Source: an uncultured bacterium
GTDB lineage: Bacteria > Actinomycetota > Acidimicrobiia > Spongiisociales > ZC4RG35
Assembly: GCA_963792365.1 (NCBI GenBank)
Contig: CAWBVW010000006.1
Location: 254,908 to 318,907, forward strand
DNA length: 64,000 nucleotides
Reading direction: 5' to 3'
The position numbers and the translations under genes were made by a program. Each line of letters begins with the position of its first letter. Position 1 is the stretch's first letter. Positions 36,788 through 46,768 of the stretch are shown here, piece after piece. Under the pieces are notes generated by a model. The model was given only the letters and a program-made list of their open reading frames with translations, was not told the DNA's origin and ran no database searches.

Positions 36788-37204
36788 TCATACCCGCTGC
36801 CCGTAGGCGTGAACCGGCCGGAGCCATGCGACCAGTCGGCGGTCGTTCACCATCGCCTCATCGAACTCTTCCCAATCGGGATGCTCGCCGTTGACGTGCC
36901 GATACAGCGAGCGGAGGGCATCCGTCGCTGAATCTCCGGGAGCGGCGGCGATCGGTCCCAGTTCGACCTCGGTGTCCACCGCCACCCACGACCAGAAGTC
37001 ATCCGAGCTGACGTGGAGCGTCGCCCGGGGATCGCGCCGCATGTTCTTTGTCTTGGCTCGACCGGCGGTCACCGACACGCCGATCACTCCGTCGAGGACG
37101 CCGTAGACGATGTTGGAGAGCTGCGGCCGCCCGTTCTTGCGGTGGGTGGCGAGCACTCCCTGCTTGTTTGCTTCCAGGAACGGCATGACTGTGCTGATCT
37201 CCAC
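36788..37204 (-). CDS. PPOX-class F420-dependent oxidoreductase
   Basis: GVLATHRKNGRPQLSNI, RAKTKNMRRDPR, GEHPDWEEFDEAMVNDRR; AAGGAG RBS before GTG. Confidence 0.9.
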   Translation of the reverse strand: MEISTVMPFLEANKQGVLATHRKNGRPQLSNIVYGVLDGVIGVSVTAGRAKTKNMRRDPRATLHVSSDDFWSWVAVDTEVELGPIAAAPGDSATDALRSLYRHVNGEHPDWEEFDEAMVNDRRLVAWLRPVHAYGQRV

Positions 37205-37465
37205 AGGGGGCTCCTTCGTTTGGCGTGGCATCGACCCTATCCAGTCCACGAGGTTGGGCCCCACACCCGATCGTGTCCAGCCCGGGAAGCGTGTGCCTCA
37301 GGGTATCGAGCTGGGTCTGGTTCGGAACGCAAGATCGCGTGACTGTATAGGTCGTCCGACCCGTATTCACTTCCGTTCGGTGGACACGGGCCCACACCGA
37401 GGTTCACTGTCCGTGCCCGGCGCACCGAGGAGTGACGTCGCTCGTCGTCAACGAAGGGGTGGGGA

Positions 37466-38830
37466 GTGCGGGCTGACTGGTACAGATTCTGGTCGTGGGG
37501 AGCATGGCGCGACTGGCTCGATGACCGTCGCCGCGCGCATGAACACGAGGCCGCGGTCGCCCGACTCCGGCGCGAGATCGCGGGCGCCCAAGATCTGGTC
37601 GCCTCATCCCTCACCGCCCGAGCCGATGCCATACAAAACGCCCGATGGGTCTCGGATCTGAGACCGAAGGGGCTTCCCCTGCTCTTGCCCGAGCCCGAGA
37701 TCGGCTTGGCATCGGTACCGGGTGTTCACCTCCTCGAAGAGCACGATGGAACGTGGGTCGATACCGGCAGCGGAGTCGTCTACTTCACGGACCAGCGAGT
37801 CGTCTTCTCCGGGTCCATGGACCTGACCTTCAGGTTCGGCGAGATCACCGTCGACGAAAAGCTGTCCGAAGGATGGCGCATCGGGGCGTCCTCACATCCG
37901 AAGACCTATGTGCTTGCGGGTCCCGTCGGACAGCTCAACGCGCTCAGGACCGGAGTGCTCGACGGCAGGGCTGCTGTCGACCCGATGGAGAGATTCCGTC
38001 GTGACTGGAACGAAGCGGAAGCTCGGGCCGACGCCGCCCGTGACCGGCTTGAGGCCGCCGAGGCAGAGTTGGCATCGTCGCGACGTCCTCGACGTCCGGT
38101 CAGCCCAGCCTGGTCGTTGGCGTTGGCGTTGGTGGGCGTCGGCCTTCTGGGGGTTGCCGGGAGTCCCAGCGCCACCGCCCCGGTCGCCATCGAAGCCGCG
38201 CCGGCCACGCCTGCGCCCCAGGTGCTCGGTGTGACGGTCACCACCTTGCCGGACACGTCGGTCCGCCTGGTGGAGGTCGTCTCGGCCGACGAACTGCTGA
38301 TCGAGATGGGTGGCGACCGTCAGACCATCAGACTGGCCGGCATCGCGACCGACGACCGCACCGAGGCGTCGACCCGCCAAGCCATCCGTGAGATGCTTCT
38401 GGGTCGCACGATGACGTTGGCTCCTGAGCCCGCCGATGGGCCAATGAGCTACTACGTGTACGCCGACGGGGAGCTCGTGAACGAACGTCTGATCGAGGAA
38501 GGCCTGGTGACCGCCAACGCCGTTGCGCTCCAGCTCGCCGACCTGCTCCGAGCAGCCGACGATCGGGCTCGAGCCGCCCGAATCGGGGTGTGGGCGTCCG
38601 ACGGAGCCGCGACGGGCACCTCGAGGGTCGCCACCTTCGCCGACGTGACCGTTGCCGAGTCGGCATGCCATCCGTCGTATGAAGGTCAATGCGTGCCGGT
38701 AGGGGTGGAGGATGTCGACTGCGCGGGTGGTGATGGCAACGGACCGTTCTACGTCGGGCGTGTCACCGTGGTCGGTCCCGATGAATACGGACTCGACGGC
38801 GATGGAGACGGGATCGGCTGCGCAGGCTGA
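37466..38830 (+). CDS. Membrane-anchored multidomain protein with SNase (thermonuclease)-like and Cys/Asp-rich C-terminal domains
   Basis: TM segment near residue 220; IRLAGI, YVYADGELVNERLIEEGL and ARAARIGVW (SNase fold); CHPSYEGQCVP...DVDCAGG...GLDGDGDGIGC. Confidence 0.7.
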   Translation: MRADWYRFWSWGAWRDWLDDRRRAHEHEAAVARLRREIAGAQDLVASSLTARADAIQNARWVSDLRPKGLPLLLPEPEIGLASVPGVHLLEEHDGTWVDTGSGVVYFTDQRVVFSGSMDLTFRFGEITVDEKLSEGWRIGASSHPKTYVLAGPVGQLNALRTGVLDGRAAVDPMERFRRDWNEAEARADAARDRLEAAEAELASSRRPRRPVSPAWSLALALVGVGLLGVAGSPSATAPVAIEAAPATPAPQVLGVTVTTLPDTSVRLVEVVSADELLIEMGGDRQTIRLAGIATDDRTEASTRQAIREMLLGRTMTLAPEPADGPMSYYVYADGELVNERLIEEGLVTANAVALQLADLLRAADDRARAARIGVWASDGAATGTSRVATFADVTVAESACHPSYEGQCVPVGVEDVDCAGGDGNGPFYVGRVTVVGPDEYGLDGDGDGIGCAG

Positions 38831-38866
38831 TGCGAGCAGCGGCATGAGCTGTGTTCGTGTCGGGTC

Positions 38867-40480
38867 CTACGAACGCCGCGCCATGATCGGACGGAGATAT
38901 CGACCTGCCTTGATGGGTTCGGCGGCCATCGCCGCCATCACGCCTCCGCCCAAGGCACCTGCGATTCCCGGGGCCATCACGTCGACCCCGGCCAGATACA
39001 GATGCTTGACAGACGTACGCGGCGTGAGGGCCTCTTCGAAGAACCGCTCGGGTTCGGTGACGAGTCCGTAGATGGACCCTCGTGCGGAACGTGCGAAGTG
39101 GTTGGTGCTCAGCGGCGTTGACAACTCGGCGTGACGGACCATCGGCGCCAGCGCCGGATAGAGGTCTCCGTATTGCGACAGGAGGGCCTCGATCAACTCC
39201 GCTTTGAAGGCGTCGTATTCGTCGCCGCGCCGTTTCCAGCGAGTTCCCGACCATCGCTCGAACACGTCCCAGGACACGAAGGTGACCGCTTCGCCCGTGT
39301 GTCGGAGTGCTGGTCCCGGGTCGTGGGCGGGGTCCTTGATCGATGGGAACGAGTTGAACAGCACGGGAGCGGCGGTCGAAACTTCGCCGGGGGCCACGTC
39401 CCACCGGTCCACTTCCATGTCCCAGGTATCGAAGAACCACTGGCTGTACGTGGTCGCGCCTGCAGCGCCGACGTCGCCTTCGAACCCGAGGTACAGGCTG
39501 AGATGGGCGGGACCCGGAGCGAACCGTCGAAGCCCTGGCATGGGTCGACCCAGCATGGCGGCAGTCGCCGGGGCGCCGGCCGCGCTGATCACCTTCTTGG
39601 CGTCGAGCGCCGTGCCGTCGGCCAGCCGGACACCGACGGCCGACCCATTGTTCGTGATGATCTCGGCCACCGAGCGGCGGACGGCGGTCCAACCCCCGGT
39701 GGTGGCCACCGTGTCCAGCATCTCCTCGGCGATGCGTCCCGCTCCGCCGACCGGGTAGTAGGCCCCCCGAAGGAAATGGGCAACCATGAGGGCATGCATC
39801 CCGAACGACGACTTCGAAGGGGTGCTTCCGTAGTACCCCCACTGGGCGGCGAGAACGGCTCGCAGGTGTGGGTCCTGGGTGAGGCGGCTGAGTACGTCGG
39901 CGGTGGTGGCACCGAGGTGCGGGACCGCAGCCCGCTCGGCCTGTTTTGATGCACGTGCCGCCAGCGGCCAGGGCAAGGATCGAGTCTGCAGATACCCGGC
40001 CGAGGCCCTGGCTGCCGATCGTACGAGCTGGATGTACTCGTCGATCGCTCGGCGCTCGTCGGGGAAGTACTCACCCAGCGTCTCCCGGAAGCCGTCGATC
40101 GTCGAAGGAAACTGGATCGTGAATCCCTCGGGGAAGTTGAACTCGTCGTATACGTCGCCGAGCGATGCCCAGTCGAGTCGACCGTCGGTGAGCTCGTTCA
40201 GGAGGCGTCCGGGGAAGCTGCGCGTGGTCATCTCGCCCACCAGGTGCACGCCGACATCCCACCGGTATCCGGGACGTTTGAACGTCTGAGTGAACCCTCC
40301 GGGGATGTTGTGCTGTTCCAACACCAGAACTCGCCGGCCGAGACGAGCCAGGACGGCAGCGGCGGTCATACCGCCCATTCCGGATCCGATGACGACGTAA
40401 TCCCACGTGCCGTCGGGGATCTCGTGGCTCCAGGGCCGTGTGTTGGCGTTCACGAGAGGCGAGTGTACGGCCACCGCCAT
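38867..40480 (-). CDS. FAD-dependent oxidoreductase, phytoene desaturase / retinol saturase-like
   Basis: WDYVVIGSGMGG, VLEQHNIPGGFTQTFKRPGYRWDVGVH, GAYYPVGG, STPLSTNHF. Confidence 0.88.
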   Translation of the reverse strand: MAVAVHSPLVNANTRPWSHEIPDGTWDYVVIGSGMGGMTAAAVLARLGRRVLVLEQHNIPGGFTQTFKRPGYRWDVGVHLVGEMTTRSFPGRLLNELTDGRLDWASLGDVYDEFNFPEGFTIQFPSTIDGFRETLGEYFPDERRAIDEYIQLVRSAARASAGYLQTRSLPWPLAARASKQAERAAVPHLGATTADVLSRLTQDPHLRAVLAAQWGYYGSTPSKSSFGMHALMVAHFLRGAYYPVGGAGRIAEEMLDTVATTGGWTAVRRSVAEIITNNGSAVGVRLADGTALDAKKVISAAGAPATAAMLGRPMPGLRRFAPGPAHLSLYLGFEGDVGAAGATTYSQWFFDTWDMEVDRWDVAPGEVSTAAPVLFNSFPSIKDPAHDPGPALRHTGEAVTFVSWDVFERWSGTRWKRRGDEYDAFKAELIEALLSQYGDLYPALAPMVRHAELSTPLSTNHFARSARGSIYGLVTEPERFFEEALTPRTSVKHLYLAGVDVMAPGIAGALGGGVMAAMAAEPIKAGRYLRPIMARRS

Positions 40481-40557
40481 GACATCGTCCGTGAATGCCG
40501 CCACTCCGACCGGCCACCGGGCACATTGCCTGCCAGGTCGGATCGACCTCGGGTCGG

Positions 40558-40845
40558 TCAAATGCCGGTGATGGCGACGACTGCGGCTGCCACCACCGCC
40601 GCCGTCACGGCTGCCTCGATCAGGGTTCTCAGCACCCGAGTGCGGGCCAGTCTGACCGCGATCACCACGGGCATGGTCCCCAGGAACACGATGTTGAACA
40701 CTTCCCAGTCCCAGAGCGGATTTCGCGGGCAGGTGCCGGTTCCCTTCCAACCGGCACAGTCGCCAAAGGTGAATGCCAGACCGAGGGCGGCGAGCGCGAC
40801 CACGGATGTCGCGATGACGCCGAGCACCCGGATTGCCTTCTTCAT
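40558..40845 (-). CDS. Small hypothetical membrane protein
   Basis: Three hydrophobic helices with a C..W...G.C loop. Confidence 0.5.
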   Translation of the reverse strand: MKKAIRVLGVIATSVVALAALGLAFTFGDCAGWKGTGTCPRNPLWDWEVFNIVFLGTMPVVIAVRLARTRVLRTLIEAAVTAAVVAAAVVAITGI

Positions 40846-40903
40846 GCGGTGAATATCGGCACCGTTGGGACTCGGCTCCATGGGGGATCACCCCCATTTG
40901 CAC

Positions 40904-41371
40904 TCAGCGCGCGGATTCGACGATCGGCAGCAGACGGGAATCTTCCAGCGCGGCGGTTCGATGGCCGATCGTGGCCAGATAGTCCTCATTGTGGGCCATT
41001 CCCAGGAAGTCGGCGACATCGGGATACGCCACCAGCATCATCCGGTCCCAACGTTGATCGGTCGGGCCGATGAGGTAGTGCCCCGCATCACCGAGGAAGG
41101 CCACGCGTGCGCCGACCGCGTGCACGAAGGGTGTCGCCTCCCGCATGTAGATGTCATATGCAGCTGCGCCGGTGATCGGCTCGACAGGGCTGAGGTGGGG
41201 AGAGGCGGAGTAGTCGGCCGTCTCGCAGAACCGGAGGAGGTTCAGCATGGTGACCGGGCCGCTCAGACCGCGACCGAAGACGAGGCGGCCGTTCTCGTCG
41301 GTTGCGTCGATGTACATGGGAACGACCGTACGCAGATCACCGATGTGCCCGCCAGTCGATGCACCCGGCAT
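40904..41371 (-). CDS. DUF1330 domain protein
   Basis: GPVTMLNLLRF, ITGAAAYDIY, LIGPTDQRWD..LVAYP..ADFLGM, HRTAALEDSRL. Confidence 0.85.
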   Translation of the reverse strand: MPGASTGGHIGDLRTVVPMYIDATDENGRLVFGRGLSGPVTMLNLLRFCETADYSASPHLSPVEPITGAAAYDIYMREATPFVHAVGARVAFLGDAGHYLIGPTDQRWDRMMLVAYPDVADFLGMAHNEDYLATIGHRTAALEDSRLLPIVESAR

Positions 41372-41401
41372 CCGATCTGTGACAGCGCAGTCGGATGCGG
41401 C

Positions 41402-43930
41402 TCAGGCACCGATGCACAAGAGGGCGTGAAGCACTATGGACTGTGGTTCTTGGGCCAGCGCTTCACTCAGCGCCGTCGCCGGGTTCCGCGCCGCCGCCAA
41501 CCCCCGATGGATCCGCACCATGGCGGCGGTGACGGCCGGCGTATCGGGCAGTGGCCACGACGAGGTCAGGATCGATCGGGTTCCCGCAGCCATAAGAGTG
41601 GCCGCCGTCTCCAACATCTCACCTCCGGTGCGCTGAACGAACCCCGTTTCTCGCACCGAGAGCACCATGTGGGTCGGTACGGCGGGCTGCGACGCCAGCT
41701 CGTGGATGAAGAGATCGCCGTCGGCGAATGCGAGCGAGTTGAAGAGCGGCTGATGCGATCGAAAGCGCCCCGGACCTGCAACATGGACTGTGTCGGCATA
41801 TGAGAAGATGTTCGACGCCTCGGCAACGGTCGGTGCTACCGCGATGTTCGACACCACGTGCACCAGCCCCACCGTTGTGGCTTCGTTGTCGGCGTGCGTC
41901 AGGTCCGGGCCGGCGAGCACGGCCACAGTCCCGAGGTCGTCGACACGCTCTTGCGCCCCGAGCCAGAGCGCAGTCGATGGTGACAACGTGACTGGCCCGC
42001 CGGCCGGGAGCACCGTGGCCCATGGCACCGCCGCCAGTTCTGGAGTGGGCAAGACGATCACCGGGCCGTCGTGGTGGGGCAGGAGCTCGCAGAGCTCATC
42101 TCCCAACTCCGCCCGTCGTGCGTCGAAGTCCAGCCTCCGATCGTCGTCGTGGGCGGCATACAGGGCTCGTCTCATCGTGGATCCGAGGACCTTGGCAGCG
42201 TCGTACCAGCGCGACTTGTTCCCGAACGGTATGAGCTCCACCTTCTGGTACTTAGCGACCACGGCCCACAGATCATCTCCGATGGAGGCGAGCTGCACGA
42301 GAGCGGATTCCCCGAGAGCGTCCATGGCTCGGTCCACGAGCCCTGCACCGGCGACGATGGGACGCCGGTTCTCACGAGCTCGTGCGATCGTCTTCTCGAT
42401 CTGCCGCTGACGTTCGACGAGTTCGGCTTCGTCGTCGGCATCGGCATGTTGGATCCGCGCTGTGATCGAGCGGAGTTCGGCCATGAGCCCGGCGACGTCG
42501 GGATGTTCGCCGATCCGAGGGGCCTGAGGGTCGAGCGCGACATGCCGCTCGTGTTCGATCCACGCCCATACCCGTCTTGGATTACCGCTCTCGATCGCAA
42601 GCTCGAGCCCGCGATTCGCCAGGTTGTGGGCGTGGCGCATCACACCTGCTCTGGCATCGGTGGCCGATACGGTGCGGTGCTGGTTGGCGAGGCCCCTGAG
42701 GCCGGCCGCCGCCACCCGTGCCGCGCCGGCTGGGTCGCCATTGGCGATGCGGACTTCCACTTCCGCCGATCGGAGGTCCACTTCGAGGTCGAGTGGCGCC
42801 CACTCGATGGCGGTTCGCGCAGCTTCCAGGTGCCCGCGCGCCTCTTGCCCACGTCCCGATCGGGCTGCCACCCTGGCTGCGATCGCCTCGACGCGGGCCA
42901 TCGAGACCCGCTGTCCCGACGCTGCCAGCTCGTCGATCGCCGCATCGAGTTGATCGGCATCGAGCGATGGTTCTGCTGCTGCCATCTCCACCACGATCGC
43001 CCGTGCCTCCCACGCCGGACGCCCTTGCGCAAAGAACATCGAGCGGCTCTTCGAGGCGAACTCGAGGGCTTCTGCCGGGTGCCCGGCGAGCAATGCGGCT
43101 TCGGAAGCGAGCAGGTACGTCTCTGCTGCTTCCCGGTGGCGTTCGGTGGCAGTCAGCTTGCCTGCCACGTTGACCGCCTCGCGGCGAGCCTCGTCGAACC
43201 GACCGGCCGCCAAGAGCGCCTCAGCCCGTCCGGTTTCGATGTATGCGCCCGCCACGTTCACGATCAGCGGCTCCCCCCGGTCGAATCGACGGAGTGCCTC
43301 AGCCGGAGACCCGGATGCGAGCTCGGCCAATCCCAGGTTGTGCTCGGTCATTCCGATCTCGTAGGTATCACCGAGCCGATCGAACAAGGCCCGAGCCCGG
43401 TCCAGGTCGCGGCGGGCTTCGTCGGCCCGGGCCAGCGCCAGTTGGACGATTCCCCGGTTCTTGTACATCCGGGCGAGGACTGCAGGATCGGTCTCCTCTT
43501 CGAGGTGGTACTCGGCGAGGTCGAGCGCATCCACGGCGCCGGCGGTGTCGCCGGTGCGGGCGAGGATGAGACCGCGCTGGAAGTGGAGTCGGCCGGCCAG
43601 CGATGCCGGGTCGCCTACCTCGTCCAAGGTCGCGAGTGCATCGTCGCTTCGACCGGCTGCCGCCAGGGCGCCGGCGAGGGAGATGGCGGCGGCGACGAGG
43701 GGCTCGCGATCGGGGAGGCGTCGCGCCACCTCCACCGCCTCTTCGAATGCCGCCAACGAGCGCGTGGTGTCGTTTCGAAACTGCAGTGCCGTGCCGAGGG
43801 TGCGCAGAAGCGTCACTCGATCGGTGGGTGAAGGGCCCTGTTCGAGCATCCTCCGAGCGCGTGCCACGGCCTCCAGCGGGTCGGCGGCTGCCAACGCCAT
43901 GAGCCCGGACATCGTGGTTGCGTAGGTCAC
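41402..43930 (-). CDS. TPR repeat plus CHAT domain protein; catalytic dyad degenerate
   Basis: TPR-like helical repeats; CHAT-type VLAGPDLTHADNE, VHVAGPG, MVLSVRETG, LMAAGTRSILTSSWP. Confidence 0.85.
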   Translation of the reverse strand: MTYATTMSGLMALAAADPLEAVARARRMLEQGPSPTDRVTLLRTLGTALQFRNDTTRSLAAFEEAVEVARRLPDREPLVAAAISLAGALAAAGRSDDALATLDEVGDPASLAGRLHFQRGLILARTGDTAGAVDALDLAEYHLEEETDPAVLARMYKNRGIVQLALARADEARRDLDRARALFDRLGDTYEIGMTEHNLGLAELASGSPAEALRRFDRGEPLIVNVAGAYIETGRAEALLAAGRFDEARREAVNVAGKLTATERHREAAETYLLASEAALLAGHPAEALEFASKSRSMFFAQGRPAWEARAIVVEMAAAEPSLDADQLDAAIDELAASGQRVSMARVEAIAARVAARSGRGQEARGHLEAARTAIEWAPLDLEVDLRSAEVEVRIANGDPAGAARVAAAGLRGLANQHRTVSATDARAGVMRHAHNLANRGLELAIESGNPRRVWAWIEHERHVALDPQAPRIGEHPDVAGLMAELRSITARIQHADADDEAELVERQRQIEKTIARARENRRPIVAGAGLVDRAMDALGESALVQLASIGDDLWAVVAKYQKVELIPFGNKSRWYDAAKVLGSTMRRALYAAHDDDRRLDFDARRAELGDELCELLPHHDGPVIVLPTPELAAVPWATVLPAGGPVTLSPSTALWLGAQERVDDLGTVAVLAGPDLTHADNEATTVGLVHVVSNIAVAPTVAEASNIFSYADTVHVAGPGRFRSHQPLFNSLAFADGDLFIHELASQPAVPTHMVLSVRETGFVQRTGGEMLETAATLMAAGTRSILTSSWPLPDTPAVTAAMVRIHRGLAAARNPATALSEALAQEPQSIVLHALLCIGA

Positions 43931-44052
43931 AGCGTATCAATAGCAAATCGGGGGAGGCCACGGTGCCATTCCCTGGCGCCGTCGTTGTGAGCCGAGATCC
44001 CATGACGCCATGGGGCTTGACATGTGAGTAAACACTCACATATGGTCTGAAC

Positions 44053-44811
44053 GTGGATGAGGTGTTCAAGGCGATCAACGACCCCGGTCGACGACAGCTG
44101 CTCGATGCGTTGTTCGAGCACAACGGCCAGACACTCGGAGCGTTGTGCGAGGTGCTTCCCACGATGACCCGCTATGGGGTCATGAGCCACCTGAGGGTGT
44201 TGGAGGGTGCCGGGCTGATCACCACGATCAAGCGCGGCCGCTCCAAGTATCACTATCTGAACCCGGTCCCGATCAGGCTGATCCACGATCGCTGGATCGG
44301 CAAGTACGCCGAGAGGAGGGTCGGAGCGATCGCCGGCCTCAAATCTCGGCTCGAGAAAGGACGGCCCATGGACAAGCCGGCACATGTGTACAAGGCGTAC
44401 ATACTCGCCACGGTCGAGGATGTCTGGACCGCCATCGTCGACGGCGACAAGACGGTCCAATACTTCTACGGCACTCGGGTGAGCTCTGATTGGCAACCTG
44501 GAAGCTCGATGAATTACTACGACGCCAACGGCGGGCTGGTGAGCGAGGGCTCCGTCATCGCCATCGATCCACCAAGTCGACTCGAGTTCACGTTCCACGC
44601 ACTGTGGGACCCGGCCGTGTCCTCAGAGCTACCGGTTCGAGAGGTGTGGTCGATCAGAGAGGTGAATGGCATGGCCGAGTTGACCATCGAGCTCTACGAC
44701 ACCGCACCGGGAAGCGCCGCCTACGAGGATTTCGTGAACGGCTTCCCGTACATCGTCTCGGGACTCAAGAGCCTGCTCGAGACCGGGAAAGGGCTCCCCG
44801 CCCCGTACTGA
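44053..44811 (+). CDS. ArsR-family regulator fused to SRPBCC/AHSA1 domain
   Basis: VFKAINDPGRRQLLDALF...KHYLNPVPI; HVYKAYILATVEDVWTAI...GWPYIV-like C-terminus. Confidence 0.9.
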   Translation: MDEVFKAINDPGRRQLLDALFEHNGQTLGALCEVLPTMTRYGVMSHLRVLEGAGLITTIKRGRSKYHYLNPVPIRLIHDRWIGKYAERRVGAIAGLKSRLEKGRPMDKPAHVYKAYILATVEDVWTAIVDGDKTVQYFYGTRVSSDWQPGSSMNYYDANGGLVSEGSVIAIDPPSRLEFTFHALWDPAVSSELPVREVWSIREVNGMAELTIELYDTAPGSAAYEDFVNGFPYIVSGLKSLLETGKGLPAPY

Positions 44812-44933
44812 CCGGAAGATCGCGGCCGGCCACCAACACGAAGTCGATCTCCTGTGCCCGGGTGACAATATGGGTCGACCCAGTCGCATCCGGATTCGGG
44901 GGCGTAGCCTCAGACCGGGCGAAAGGAGACGGC

Positions 44934-46205
44934 GTGGAACTCGGTTCCGTCGCGTTGGTGGCCGGTTTCGTGCTGGCCTACTCCATGGTGTCGAAACGCA
45001 TCGAGACCATGTGGATCACAGGCCCGATGATCTTCGTGGGTGCGGGCGTTGTCATGGGGCCGGTGGCGACGGGCGTGCTCGACATCGGCATGAGCGAAGG
45101 CGTGGTGAGAGGTTTCGCCGAAGCGACGCTGGTGCTCGTCCTCTACACCGACGCCATTCGCATCGACCTGCGAAAGCTCCGCAGCCAGTTCCAGCTGCCG
45201 GCTCGGCTCCTCGGTGTTGGGCTTCCCCTCACGGTGGTGGCGGGCGCGCTGGTCGGGTGGTGGCTCCTCCCGGAGTTCGGGTTTTGGGAGGCGGCGTTGC
45301 TGGCGGCCGTCCTCACCCCGACCGACGCTGCTCTGGGGCAGGCGGTGGTCGCCAACCCAAAGGTGCCGGGAAGGATCCGCCAGGCACTCAACGTCGAAAG
45401 CGGGCTCAACGACGGGCTGATGTTGCCACTGATCACCGCGCTCCTGGCGGTGGTGGCAGCCGAGGTGGATCTGGAGACCCCCGGATATTGGATCTCATTC
45501 GTCGCAGCCCAGGTCGGATTCGGTGTGCTGGTCGGGGTCGCCTCGGGGTGGGCCGGCGGACGGCTGATCGACCGTTTCGTCCGGGCAGGCTGGGTCGACG
45601 GGGCGTTTCGACAGCTTGCAACGCTGGCCGTCGGGGTCCTGGCCTTTGCCGTAGCCGACGTCGCAGGCGGGAACGGATTTGTGGCCGCATTCGTTGCCGG
45701 CCTCGCCTTCGGGGCGGCGGCTCGCACTCAGTGTGAGGGTGCGTACGACTTCGCCGAAGACGAGGGCCAGCTTCTCACGTTGTTGACGTTTCTCTTCTTC
45801 GGGGCGGCGATGGCGGGTCCGGCGCTGACCGAGCTGACCTGGCGCATCGCCGGATATGCGGCGGCGAGCCTCACCGTCGTCCGGGTGCTGCCCGTCGGTC
45901 TGGCGGTGCTCGGCTTGGGACTGGCACGGCCCACCGTTGGGTTCCTCGGATGGTTCGGGCCGCGCGGGCTCGCGTCCATTCTCTTCGGGCTCTTCGTGCT
46001 CGAAGAGGCCGCTATCCCACGATTCGACGAGCTGTTGCTGGTGGTCACCTGGACTGTGCTGTTGAGCATCGTCGTGCACGGAGCAACGTCCGTGCCGTTG
46101 TCCGATCGCTACGGCCGCTGGGCTGGATCGCCGGACCGAGCCGAGATGGCAGAGCGCACCGAGGTCGAGATGATGCCGAGTCGCGGTGGTCGACGCACAG
46201 GGTAA
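44934..46205 (+). CDS. Cation:proton antiporter (CPA1/NhaP-like)
   Basis: PARLLGVGLPLT, LTPTDAALG, LNVESGLNDG, GWFGPRGLASI; GGAG RBS. Confidence 0.92.
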   Translation: MELGSVALVAGFVLAYSMVSKRIETMWITGPMIFVGAGVVMGPVATGVLDIGMSEGVVRGFAEATLVLVLYTDAIRIDLRKLRSQFQLPARLLGVGLPLTVVAGALVGWWLLPEFGFWEAALLAAVLTPTDAALGQAVVANPKVPGRIRQALNVESGLNDGLMLPLITALLAVVAAEVDLETPGYWISFVAAQVGFGVLVGVASGWAGGRLIDRFVRAGWVDGAFRQLATLAVGVLAFAVADVAGGNGFVAAFVAGLAFGAAARTQCEGAYDFAEDEGQLLTLLTFLFFGAAMAGPALTELTWRIAGYAAASLTVVRVLPVGLAVLGLGLARPTVGFLGWFGPRGLASILFGLFVLEEAAIPRFDELLLVVTWTVLLSIVVHGATSVPLSDRYGRWAGSPDRAEMAERTEVEMMPSRGGRRTG

Positions 46206-46279
46206 GGGGGGCATGGCTCCGGCGGTGCTGGCATATTGCGGTCGAAAGGTGGGTCCGATCGAAGACCAAGCGCCCGGAT

Positions 46280-46768
46280 CTAATCGAGGAACGTGCGCGG
46301 GTAGAGGACGTCCACCAGATCGGACAACCCGGAGAACAGCTCGACCCACGCTTCGATCGGAACGCTGATCACCGCCACCGCACCCGTCTTCATGTCGACG
46401 TGCTCGCCGGTCAGGTCATGGACGATGGCCGACCATGTGGGTTGGTGTCCCACGAGCATCAAGCGTTGGACGTCGGGTGCCGCCGACGCCACGTCGATGA
46501 CTTCCCGGGAGGACGCGCCGTACAACACCGGGTCGAGCGTGATCGCCGCCGGCCAGGACCCCGACTCGGCGGCCAGCTCGGCGGTGGTCCGCGCCCGCAC
46601 CGCTGTCGAGCTGATCACCAAGTCGGGAGCGAGATCCCTGGCGGTGAGCACTTCGCCCATCTTCCTGGCGGAGAGCACGCCCCGTTGGTTGAGTGGCCGT
46701 TCGTGGTCGCCCGAGTAATCGGAGCCCCAGTCCGACTTGGCGTGCCGCATGAGCAGCAGCGTTCGCAT
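46280..46768 (-). CDS. sixA: SixA-like histidine phosphatase
   Basis: LLLMRHAKS, DHERPLNQRG, SSTAVRARTT, MLVGHQP. Confidence 0.88.
   Translation of the reverse strand: MRTLLLMRHAKSDWGSDYSGDHERPLNQRGVLSARKMGEVLTARDLAPDLVISSTAVRARTTAELAAESGSWPAAITLDPVLYGASSREVIDVASAAPDVQRLMLVGHQPTWSAIVHDLTGEHVDMKTGAVAVISVPIEAWVELFSGLSDLVDVLYPRTFLD

Noticed and set aside
38867-40903. 678-aa version of the FAD oxidoreductase
   Set aside because: The extension is the shadow frame of the 40558-40845 gene; the Rossmann motif supports a start near 40480.
42071-43831. 586-aa plus-strand ORF
   Set aside because: Antisense shadow of the TPR-CHAT gene.
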